The position numbers and the translations under genes were made by a program. Positions 53,301-64,000 of a stretch of 64,000 nt of DNA are shown here, piece by piece. This DNA is from Pelomyxa schiedti (taxonomy: Eukaryota > Protista > Evosea). The stretch covers positions 124,001-188,000 of the forward strand of contig JAHLWZ010000792.1 of the NCBI GenBank assembly GCA_020536535.1, written 5' to 3'. Position 1 is the stretch's first letter; each line of letters begins with the position of its first letter. The notes beneath the pieces are model-generated. The model ran no database searches. It was not told the DNA's origin and saw nothing but the letters and a program-made list of their open reading frames with translations.

Positions 53301-54663
53301 ACCAAGTGCCCCGGTCTAGTGATAAAACAGAGCCAGCCACACAACAATCTCCCCTGAGTAAGTCTATATTTGAACAAATTCTTAAACTTAATTTTTTTCT
53401 TCTCTTAAAACAGATGATGCTAAACAGTGGGCTATCCCATGGAGTGAAATAAAGCAGCACATTGAAAAGAAACCTTTTGGTAATGGCAGTTTTGCTAAGC
53501 TGTAAGTGGCACAACCTTTTTAATTTTTTTTTTAATTATTCCTTTCAGGTACAAAGGAGTATGGCGCAATCAATGTGTTGCAGTAAAGGTTTTAAAGGAT
53601 AAACCAGATAAGCGAGCAATACAAGATTTTAAAAAGGAATTCTCCCTGTTAAGGTATCATGACTTTTGTCATTTTATGTATTAATATTTGCCAGTGAACT
53701 TCGATCTCCCAACATTGTGTATTTCTACGGAGCTGTTCTGGAGCCTCGAGTTTGTCTTGTTCTAGAATATTGTTCAAGGGGAAGTTTGGAAACGTAAGCA
53801 TATTTTCGGTCACGGTCACTGTCTCACACCCCAAAGAGTTATGAAGAGTGATGCAAGTTTCACATGGGAACATGTTTTTCAGTATGCGGCAGATACTCTA
53901 AGAGGTCTCCTATGCCTTCATTCATGGGTGCCGCAGCTTCTTCACAGAGATTTGAAATCGTCCAACGTTCTCCTTGCTGATAACGGCGCTGCCAAGTTGT
54001 GGTAAGTAAGTTTTTTTTAGAAAACAGATTTGCATCGTACAACAACTCAATCTCCAAAAAGTGATTTTGGAACCACCCGGATAAATGATGACTCTGACAC
54101 ACTTTACCAAGTGCGGGGGACATATGCTTATAGTTGCCCGGTATAAGAAATTTTCAGACACATACAATTCTAAGTTTCCCCAGGAAGTTTTCATTGGGGG
54201 TGTACACACTGACAAGTCGGATATATTCAGCTTTTCAATATTACTTTGGGAGGTTTGTTTTTAATTTTCCTACACAATTCTTACTCGGAAAATCATATCA
54301 ATGCACAAAGATGGTCACAAGATGTATAAAGGTGCTCCTCACTCCTTACAAAGAAACCAAACACTCACACAAACAATTCAGGGCGAATATGTGCGGCCAT
54401 ACAGTGAGTACACTATGATTCAAGTGGAATTCCAAATACTCGTGCAAGTTGCACAGAAGGGAATCAGGCCCACAATTCCAAGTTCTTGTCCGCACGCAAT
54501 GTCCTCCATTATACAACACTGTTGGAGTGCATCACCATACATGAGACCGAGTTGCTCCGAGGCACAGCACTGGTTGGAAGAAGCACAGGTGGTGTACAAT
54601 TCCAAGCAAAAGAAATGGAACAAGGTGCGAGAGAAGGAGAAGAAGCACAAGAACGATTCGTAA
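50334..54663 (+). CDS. Tyrosine-kinase-like (TKL) protein kinase with a very long Pro/Ser/His-rich N-terminus
   Basis: GNGSFAKL|YKGVW..VAVKVL; DFKKEF; LVLEYCSRGSL; HRDLKSSNVL; DFG; RGTYAYSCP|E; DKSDIFSFSILLWE; RPTIP...CW...RPS. Confidence 0.9.
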
Positions 54664-54759
54664 AGTTTTGTATTTGTAAACACCCAATTTTTCCTTTTTG
54701 GCATAAAAAAGCCTCTTTTTATATATCGAAGTCAACAACAAAACAAAGTGTTATTTCTG

Positions 54760-55873
54760 TCAGGAATGCCATGCCCTATAGGAAGCATAGTAAATATCAA
54801 TGTCAGCCAAAAGGCCCCTTGTGTGTTTTGGTGTCCAGCCAAGCAGCCTTTCTGTCTTTTCCAGTGGCGAAAAGTCAGTCACCTCAAAAGCTACAAAGGA
54901 CTGGAATCCCGTTGTAACGTCACTGTATGTGATGGGACCAGTATAGCCTGTTGCCTTGGCTCCGGCAATCAGCAGTTCTTCATAGGTTGGATTTCCTGCG
55001 TTGTCCAGATAAGGAAGGTTATTGGCATGGGACTTAACGAATTTCATACCGGTTTTTGCTGCAACACCAAAGGTTTGGCCTTGGGCAATAGCTCTATGAG
55101 AGTCAATGAGTACATAGGCCTCAGCCAAATCATCAATATGAACCCATGTCCATTTCCTCAAACGGTTGCCCTTAAATCCAACTCAGAATTTCTAGTCACT
55201 TGTTAGACGTTTTTACCTGGATTTCTAGTGCGTCGGGCCTCTTGAAGTATAAATTCTCACCAACAATGCCACCGGATCCTAGTAGGATAAAGTAAGGAAA
55301 TTAATATGGTAAGGAAATGTGATACCTCCGTAAATGAACCCAGGCCTCACAACGCAGCCAGTAACACCAGGGTGAGAAAGAACAATGTTCTCTAGGGGGT
55401 ATTGCCTAAACCCTGTTGTGAAAATGAACAGCTTTGGCCTGCCAAGTTCGTCATTGCCACTAGCAGCAGTCCTATTCAGCATAGCCTGCATGATGGCTGG
55501 GGATTCAGTCATTGATGCGCATTCAATCACTATTCCAGCCTAGATTGAAATTGGAATTAGAATTTGAACTAAGGTCAAACAAAGATTTTCGTTTTGCGAT
55601 TTGTGTGGCACGAAGCTGGAAAATATTAATTAATAAATAATAATAAACAGGAACGCATGGTACCTCGGCAAAGCAATGGGCGTAAAGATCCGTGTTGGTA
55701 AGATCATCCACTATTATGGGAATGATTTCCTCGTGCACAAGCCTTGCAGCTTGTGCCTTCTGCTCGGTCCTTACGATTCCCATAACTCTGAACCCAGCTC
55801 TGCGGAAGGCGAGGCATACTGCTCGTCCCGTGTAACCGTTGGCACCACTCACAAGCACCACTTTGCTGCTCAT
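54760..55873 (-). CDS. NAD(P)-dependent epimerase/dehydratase-like (atypical SDR)
   Basis: VLVSGANGYTGRAV Rossmann motif; VVRPGFIYG; WTWVHIDDLAEAY; ERLLGWTPKH. Confidence 0.85.
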
Positions 55874-56139
55874 TTTAATTGTTTCTGTCTGTGTAGGAAA
55901 AAAAAATTAAATCGAAGCGGCCCTTAAAACGACGTTTCGGGGTCATTATTCGTTGGTCGTTGCAGCTCTCGTTGATCCCAAAATGACTTCGTCGCACGTG
56001 AAAACTCTGTCTGGGGCCTGAGAGTGTTCCACTCCACAGAAGGTCCCCACTATTCACGCGACCCTCTTAGGATGGAGCCAAGTTCGAACTCCAGAGATTA
56101 CTCATCATCAGCAAACACACACAAAAGAAACAAAAAAAA

Positions 56140-56589
56140 ATGAGGCACTGCTGCCCGTTGGTGGTGCGCCTTTCCGTGTGCGCGTTCCTGCTGTCTGCCA
56201 TAGTCTCGGTCAGCCTCCACTGCCGAGACCACTACAACCTGCGCCTGGAGCCGCTGCCCGGCAACCTCGTGGCGCTGGCGTCGATGCGCCGCGGGGAGGA
56301 GTCCCAGCTCATCGCCATCGGGGCGCGGTACATCGCCAAGAACCGCGACGGCGCCGGCAACGCGGTGGTGGTCTGCGACGACATCACGGGCGCGGACGAC
56401 GGGCTGGGCGAGGGCCTGCACTACCACATGCGCCTCACGTGGCCCGAGCCCCGCACCCCGGGGCAGCACTGGCGCCTGCGGTGGCGCGCCGTCCTCGGCG
56501 CCGTGTGGGTCCTGGGCCCCTGGTGGGCCGTGCCTGCTGCCGCCGCGGCTGCAGTTGCTTTTGTGGCGTCACCCTTGTTGTGCTTTTGA
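56140..56589 (+). CDS. Hypothetical small membrane/secreted protein, intronless, GC-rich
   Basis: 149-aa ORF with hydrophobic N- and C-termini and high GC at third codon positions. Confidence 0.5.
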   Translation: MRHCCPLVVRLSVCAFLLSAIVSVSLHCRDHYNLRLEPLPGNLVALASMRRGEESQLIAIGARYIAKNRDGAGNAVVVCDDITGADDGLGEGLHYHMRLTWPEPRTPGQHWRLRWRAVLGAVWVLGPWWAVPAAAAAAVAFVASPLLCF

Positions 56590-56772
56590 GAGAAAAAAAA
56601 GAGTGCTGCTGCTGCTGCTGCTGCTTTTTTTTTTTTTTTTGCTACTGCTGAGCTTGATTATGACCACTCCGCCCATTTTGACTCACTCCTGCTTGATTTG
56701 AGGCTTAGAAATGCACTGCCCACATTCCTCTTCTAATTGTGTGGTGCACAATGTGAAGTCAAAAGCCTGCTA

Positions 56773-59642
56773 TCAATAAACACAACATGAAAGACAAGTT
56801 CTTTTTGTTTTATTATTATTGTTGCTACTACACACAACAAATGTGGAGAGGGCAAACCGTAACAGCAGTTTGTTATTGAAGAAGACATCTGCTATTTGTG
56901 TGTGAATTTTTGTACTTGAGGGTGACCCAATGTCTGACAGCGTTTTGTAAGAGGGTAACCAAAGACGCAGTAGTGCCAGACATGGCAGAGACCTCATAAA
57001 AGGGTAAAGGTAAAATCCATGACCTGTGTAATGACACTTAGAATACTTGGTCATAGTTCGGAAATTCACAGCAACCTTGAAGAATCCCTGATTTCTTTGG
57101 TTGAAAGGCAGTTTAGACGGGTATCACTTCTGAGGTCACTGTGTATGAAAGCACTTTAAAATCACCACTTGGAGAAATAAATCGTTACACTTTGGATGCA
57201 ACTACAATTAACGGAGTGTGTGGCCTATTCTGTATTATTTCTGGAATCCATTTTTCGTGCTAGGGATGGTTATAGAGAAGCAACATGGTCAAATGGTGTA
57301 CCATGTGAATCAGAGAGTCGTGCCTGTCAACTGAGACCATTAGAAAAAATAGGTCAGCTTGAAGATAACTGCTTGTTGTAACTCAAAGGAAAATCATAAA
57401 ATAACTGACACTAAAGGTCGCAGGCGGAGGCTATCATCCTGGGCTGCCTAATGAACGGATGAGGATGGGATGCCTTAAATTGAGTGGCATGGCACACCGT
57501 ATCCCAAATAGTCACATCGAAACTAGTGCCATCCACATCAAGGAAAACTGTTGTATTAGGTTCATAACCCATTGTGGCAGGAGAAGGGCTAAGGGGAGGT
57601 GTAACGAATACTAAGGTACTAAGGACTTGTTGAATACCACCAAGAACCACTTTCAAGTGTTTTAATCAGTGACGTTTTTCCTACACCAGTGTCTCCAACA
57701 ATAACAACTTGAAGGCTCCGAGTAGCAGTGGAAATATACTTTCTGATGTTGCGTGTTTTCAGAGCTGCTTGGGCATAAGCAAGCACCTTCCAGTATAAGT
57801 TTTAAGAAATACATCAATGAGGAAGTAACTTGGGATCGTGCAGAAAGTTCAATATCTAACAAGTCGAGAGGGAAGTGTTCCAAAAATTGCAACCATAATT
57901 CATCAATGCAAGCTACATGGTACCATTGCTTACAGACAGCGCCACATCTAATTTAACTGAGCAAGCACAGAAACATAAATTTCTCACCTAGATAAATCAA
58001 TGGCAGTTTTCAAGAAAGAAAATATGTGGCGTAAAACGTCATTACCAAGACTGGCCTGGGGGCAGCTCAAACTTTCGCATTCGGTACAAGAAAGTAACAG
58101 GCAGACAAGGGGAATTGAGTTTCCTTTTTGGACAACTTGACCCCCTGTGATAACAAGAGAGTTCCTGTAATGATGTGCACTTCGCCAAAGTAAATAGTTG
58201 CTACCTCAAAATGCATGCGGCACCCAAGGAATGTGACTCAAAAGTATGGAATGTAGAGTAGTTAATTGCCTGACTTCTCCATGTGCCTTTAGGCAAATTG
58301 ACTGCATAGACACTCTTGCAGTTATTTGCCTTCATTCCAGTAGTTCCCCCGAAGATATAGAGCTCCTCTGTGGCAAGGTCCAAGGCATGGGAGAACCCCC
58401 ACCTATTTCGTCATTTATCTTCAGTTATGTATCATGCTGGAAATTCTTGAACAAGTGAGGTAAAGACCTGGAAGCAGGAATATCACCGGTTATTATCACT
58501 GGAGACCATTGAAATGTCCTAAGATTCAACTTCCACAATACATTTTCCACAAGGTCGTGGCCGTTGGAAGAAAGTCCACCAAAGATAAACATATTTCCCT
58601 TGAACTCGCATGATCCATGATAATATCTCGTAAATGTTACTTGTGTATGGCAAAAAGATGGGAATGTGCCGAGGAGGTATTTCCCCTTGAACAGTGACAC
58701 AACTCCAGGTATTAGATACAACGGAGTAGACATAAAGTTCATTACTTGCATTTCTGAAAAAAAAAATCAACTGGGAGAATTTGGTTGAAAAGGAAACCCA
58801 TTGCAGTCAAAACCTCCAAATATAAACATGTTGTCATCAAAAAAAATAGCTGAGTGACCATAGCGCATCTGGTTTGAAAAATATCCCCATTTTTGCCTAT
58901 TCTCTTTATCTCAGGAGATGACATACTGTTGGGACACTTGGGCTTGACAGCCCTTGGCGTGAAAGTAGTTTCCACGAGTTAGTAAACAGGGTCAACTGCC
59001 AGAGGTCATTCAAGAAAAATCTAATAGAACGTGAAACCACCAACATTTTCCTCACAAGGAGAACATACTCATTACGGCCACCAAACACAAGGAGGGAGTC
59101 AGAGGAGGGACAATAAACTGAAGTATGATTCATTCTCCCCAGCAACTCTTCCAGATTTTGGATCAGGAATAGGATTCCCACCAGTAAAATAACACACTGC
59201 TATTTCCTGAACTAGCCACTGAGATGCTTGTGTCCAAATGCACCCACTCTCCCATAATGTCCAGAACCCAAACGTCGTCAAAGAAGCACCTGAGGCCCGC
59301 GCCGTCCACGTCGACGCCCCCAAACATCAACCCACAAACACTCTCCCGAGATTTCAACAAAGCCACAGACGTCGACGCCGTCGATGAGGAATGCGGCGGT
59401 ACAACGCGGTCCCCGTAGCCATCGCCATCGGCAGTGCTGGCGGCAGCTGGTGCGCGAATTGCGTTATGGGACACCACAACGGGCGGCGGCACGGCGGTGA
59501 TCGTGTGCCCGTGCCTTGGCCCTGGAAGACGACCAGATGAGGCCTTACCCTCAGCCACCAATCTGTTGACCCGTCGTGACGTCATGTCGCGCTCGGTGGT
59601 CGTGTCGCATTGGATTAGTCGCCAACCAGTGCGCCGCTTCAT
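56773..59642 (-). CDS. Kelch-repeat + F-box + Rho-family GTPase protein with a C-terminal CaaX-like motif
   Basis: About 6 Kelch repeats (PRHGHT..MFGG, LLVFGG, MFIFGG, LYIFGG); F-box SLGNDVLRHIFS..CGAVCKQWYHVACIDELW; G1 VVIVGDTGVGKTSL; IWDT|AAQDDSLRLRPL; KWIPEI..PLIVVASK|SDLR; ends SCCVY*. Confidence 0.82.
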
Positions 59643-59725
59643 CTTTCTCCACTTTTTCTTCTACTTTGTTTTATGAGAAAGAAGTTTGCCGATTGATGTT
59701 CCGTTGGGTTGCGGCAAGAAGAAGG

Positions 59726-60843
59726 CTACCAAGAATTCTTGCCTCTGACGCCCTGCATGTATTTGAATACAACATTTGTGAAGTCATCGGCAACGGTCAT
59801 AAGAATCTATGTTGTTTGGGTTGTATTAGAGGGCTTTGTGGGATTTGAAGGTACATTCCACGCATTGTAGTCTGGGTACATTTTGTCCACATCTGGAAGA
59901 CCCCCAAATCTTACTCTGTCCACTCTGTCGGCGTTACAAAGAGCGATGGTAACAACGTTGGCTGCTGGGTCGACATGAGGTCTGAGGGAATAGTTCACTT
60001 TCAATCATTAATGGAGCTGGTTAAGGGCTACTTACAAGTGTTGTTCGTGAAACAAAATCGCTTGAGAGACTATGGATATTATGCGGCGGTCAAGGTGCTT
60101 CCTTTTCGCGTAAATTCGCCACACCTAAAATGCGTCGGAACATGTTAAAAACTTGGTCGGCACACATTGGCACCTCGTTCGGCATGCCCAGGGTCATCCG
60201 TCTCATCTGTTGATTGAAGTGTCAGGTTCAAAGTGATTATACTGTGAGATTTGCATTCTTGTCCTGGCACAGTCATGGAAAAATGCACTGTACATGACGC
60301 ATTCCTCCAGAGCACTCAGCTCCAGGTCACAACCATCAACTGAAGCCTGTGTACATAATTACGGGAAAAACGGATACCCACGATATCCTACATTGTAGGG
60401 TACAAAAAAAAAAAAAAAAAAAAAAAGCCTAAAATACATACAGTACTACAGCCGCTAGGATGGTGGGGGTAAACAGTTCTCAGAATGAAGAGGCCATAAG
60501 TTGCAACCCTCAACCAGTGTGACATCCCATGCAGCATTGAATACTCCAAAAGGAAACACTCCCCAACTGCCGTTGCCTTGTCCTCTTCATCGTCCTCGTC
60601 GTCACCGCACTCTGTCCCACAATGGCCATCACTGGGGTCACTTTCTGCCTCACTTGCGCGCACTTTCGCCCTTGACGCAGTGCCTTTCGCAGGGCAATAG
60701 TCTTCGTCCTCCCCGTCGCCGTCGTCGAACTCCGCGGCCTCTGAGCGCTCGGGGGCGGTGTCGACGTAGAGTTGAGTGAATCGTGCCACGCACTGACGAA
60801 GCGCAGCGCGAAGTTGCTCATCGACGGCGGGTTTGGGTGGCAC
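59726..60843 (-). CDS. HD-domain phosphohydrolase of a prokaryote-like subfamily; 5' end unresolved
   Basis: LHGMSHWLRV; AFFHDCART|DETDDPGHAERGA; TIALCNADRVDRVRFG..PD. Confidence 0.7.
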
Positions 60844-61141
60844 TTATGGGCTGTGAGCGCCGCGCCACTACGATTGATTTGATTGCGTTGTGTGGTCGGG
60901 AGAAAGTAAGTAGGCTCACCGTCTACTGCGGTACCAAAGAACACGTTACTGAGCAGTCGGCTTACCATCAAAACGTGCAACACCCAACTTGGCGAAGGTT
61001 AAACTAACTGTTTTCCCCCTGTTCATCAGATTGCACACGGGAGGGAGTAAGGAGAAGACTCTACTACTACGAACCGATAGTACAAAAGGAGAGGGGATTC
61101 TCCTAATGAACTAATGCTCACAGCACTCTGTGTGTACAGTA

Positions 61142-61530
61142 CCAAATTTCTTTTTTGTTATCCTTTCCTCAATTATAACTCCTCAACAGTGCCAATGCCT
61201 GCCTCAAATTGGTGTGAGCCACATTCCTCACACAAAGACGCACAGAACTGTATGCTTGCTTTGGTTCAAGGCCCACATTTTCCTGGCAAACTCAGGAATT
61301 TCGAGGGCTTTCACCCCTAGGAAGCCCTTTGTCCTGAGATTTTTGAGATTTTAGGTCACCCCATTTTGACATCACTGTGAGGGCCCTGGTCCAAAACCTA
61401 CTTCCATGCTCGGCATTCATTCCATTGCTTTAATGCTGGGGAGAATGGTCCAAATTTCTTTTTTGTTATCCTTTCCTCAATTATAACTCCTCAACAGTGC
61501 CAATGCCTGCCTCAAATTGGTGTGAGCCAC
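61142..61530. repeat. Exact 81-bp direct repeat (61142-61222 and 61450-61530) flanking a 227-bp spacer
   Basis: ccaaatttcttttttgttatcc...ggtgtgagccac occurs twice. Confidence 0.85.
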
Positions 61531-61713
61531 TTTCATCTCCACCCAAAAGAGGGGAACACCCCTCTTTTGGGTGGTTGCCTTTTTCCTCCTTTTGCTAGCT
61601 TTGCTGTTGTGCCCCTCGAGAAGTATATTCTGCTGCTGGAAGCACCAACTTGGGTTGGCGTTGATTACGAACAAGTTCTTCGGGGAATACATCGAACACA
61701 CCAAACGTTTGTG

Positions 61714-64000
61714 ATGATGAGCAGCAGTTCGGCGGACGAGATACGAGATCCGGTCGGCGACCACCTAGATCTCAATGCTTTAATTGTAGTGGAGCAGTCA
61801 CAGCAAGAAGTAAAGGTCCACATCGTATGCGGTCTAATGCACCCAAGTCAACAGCAACAGCAGCACCAGCCACAACCACAAAGACTCGCGACCAGCGGCG
61901 TTGCCACGGAAACTACCTCTAATACTTCCCCGGCGTCGGCTGACGGCCTAGCCGTTGGCTCTTGTGCCACGGCGGAATCTGCTCCCAGTCTCGCAGCGAA
62001 CGGCGCGGACGACGGCACCAAATCGACGTCGTCTGGCGCAGTCAAAACTAGTACCCCCACTGGCATGCCTTTTTCCAAGATGTTTTTGGTTGATTCATCG
62101 GCCAAGGCATTGGACCTAACCAAACTTGCTCACACGAAGTTCTCCCAAGTCTGTTCACTTTCACCACTGTCTTTGTTTTCACTGTACAATTACTGCGAAT
62201 ATGGGTCTGGTATTTCTCCCAGACTTCATTCTGTTGCCTAAACCATGGCCATTAGATGTATACTTTCACAAATTGGATGACAATTCCTTAGTGTTGGACG
62301 TTCTCAATGCTGGTAAAAGTCACTGGCGAACGTCACAGCATCGTTTAGTTCTACTTGAAGAAGGTTGCCTTCTGAGAGAGGTGAATTCTTACTTCATATT
62401 TCCAGTTCTCTCACAACATATAGGATCTAGGATTCATGCAACCAACCAAATTAACAATTCCACCTTTCCTACAAGAGCAATCTTCAATGAGCATGGAAAC
62501 TAATCCCTCCAACATATCACATAGAACTCCATTTTATCGTAGCCGTACCATGTCCATGATACCCTCTTCTTCTTCTTCTTCTTCAATTCTGTCACGCCGC
62601 TCACCTTCCACTCTCTTCAACAGAAAGTCGCAGCTATCTCAGAAATCTCCCCCGTTACCAGAGGCACAACAAACACCACCTACTACCACTGCTTCCTCTA
62701 AACCATCATCACACCAACCCCTAACACCATTGTCCGCTTCGGTACCAGTTTCCAGTGGATCAACTGGGTCAATCAAGTTGGGTCAGAGTGCAACTGGTGC
62801 CAACTTGGACAATGTACCGAACATTGGTACTGGTTATTACTTGATACAGACATTCGACAAGAGTTTCTTGTGCTGTGGAATGGCCTCTAATGGAAGTGTT
62901 ACTCTTGCCACTTCTGTGGGGGCTGGAGAATTATGGTTTGTAAGTGTTAAAACTAAACAAGAGAGAAAGGATACCAAGACGTTTCTGGCCTTAAGAGGGT
63001 AAGGTGCCCATTTATTTCATTATTAAGAAGCCAACTATTTTTCCTCCTCAGGAGCAATAAGTTGTGGCTAAAGTTCACAAAAGGGTCTGCTTATCCAACA
63101 TGTGTGAACGGATCACCCAAAGAGGCAGATCACCTTAGAGTTATAAATGCTGGAGCCTCAAGTAGATTTTACTTATGGTGCATTTTCTGTTTCTTTTTTT
63201 TTTTGGACAATAAATATGTCATGGCAAGTGCAGTAACCATATGATAACAGTACACATAATAATCTGTTCCTTGGAATAAGAGAGTCTAAGCTTATCTGTG
63301 ACTTGGAAACTACAACGTCCTCTGATGCCCTTACTTTTTCTCCTGTTGCTGCCCCACCAGCATTTGATGCTACCACTCGTGGTTTCATCAGTGAAGTGCT
63401 AAACGAAGCTTCTCTTCTTGTGTCACAACACAGACTTGATGAGGCTTTGCGATGCTATGAGCTTTTGCTGGGCAAAGAAAAAATGGAAACCCAACAAATA
63501 TTCGAAGTCAAATTGGCAAAAGCGGCCATATTGAGGATGCTCTCAAGATATGATGAAGCCCTGCTATGTGCTGAATCACTTCCTGGTGGAGATGCACGCA
63601 CTCAGGCTTCTCGTGGTTTGGCCTTCCGTGATCTAAGAAAACATGAGGCAGCTGCCTCAGCATTTGAGAGTGCAATTTCGCTTTATGGGCAAGACCAGGA
63701 GTTAATGATATGCAAGGCATCTGAATTGTGGTTGTGTGGAAGGTGCACTGAGGCAAATTCACTGTGGCAAACTATCACATTGGCACCTCCCACCACATCT
63801 CGATCATGTACTATGCTCGGACCTACTCACAACCACGAAACTGGGTGTTCACTCGCCTTAGCTGGAAAGCATAAAGAGGCACTCCAGTGGTTTGAGGCGG
63901 CACTCAGGACTAGCCATCATAATCCTTTCACTTTACGTAAAAAAGCACTGTCCTTACGCTTGCTCAACCGACATGATGAAGCTCTTGTAAGTTTGGACTA
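61714..64000 (+). CDS. TPR-repeat protein with a putative N-terminal ubiquitin-like/RA domain and a beta-rich middle region (3' end off window)
   Basis: TPR helices from ~63400 (HRLDEALRCYE, RYDEALLC, KHEAAASAFESAI, GKHKEALQWFEAAL, LNRHDEAL). FSKMFLVDSSAKALDL resembles an RA/FERM-F1 start. Confidence 0.7.

Overview
Gene-dense eukaryotic DNA with many very short GT-AG introns (about 40-60 nt), intergenic gaps often under 300 bp, GC/CpG-rich first exons and two 100-N scaffold gaps. The style fits a flagellated amoebozoan; it resembles Archamoebae such as Pelomyxa, but that is inference. About 25 protein-coding genes can be reconstructed by eye: NRDE2, NTAQ1, a PB1-UBA (p62/NBR1-like) gene, a senescence/spartin-domain gene, a THEM6-like thioesterase, radial spoke head RSPH4/6, DUF4291, Pho88/SND3, RPS23, eEF2, MED4, a TKL kinase, an atypical SDR, an HD-domain protein and a TPR protein. 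The most notable items are (1) an apparent RasGAP + class I PI3K fusion, (2) a Kelch-F-box-Rho GTPase-CaaX protein, (3) an F-box-like + PP2A/4/6-type phosphatase fusion, (4) two convergent, intron-containing, predicted GPI-anchored heparinase II/III-like lyases of bacterial type flanking RPS23, (5) a single-pass receptor with periplasmic-binding-protein-like ectodomains, and (6) a 182-nt fold-back with G-U wobbles that looks like a pre-miRNA. Exon boundaries were inferred manually and gene coordinates are spans that include introns. No database searches were run.
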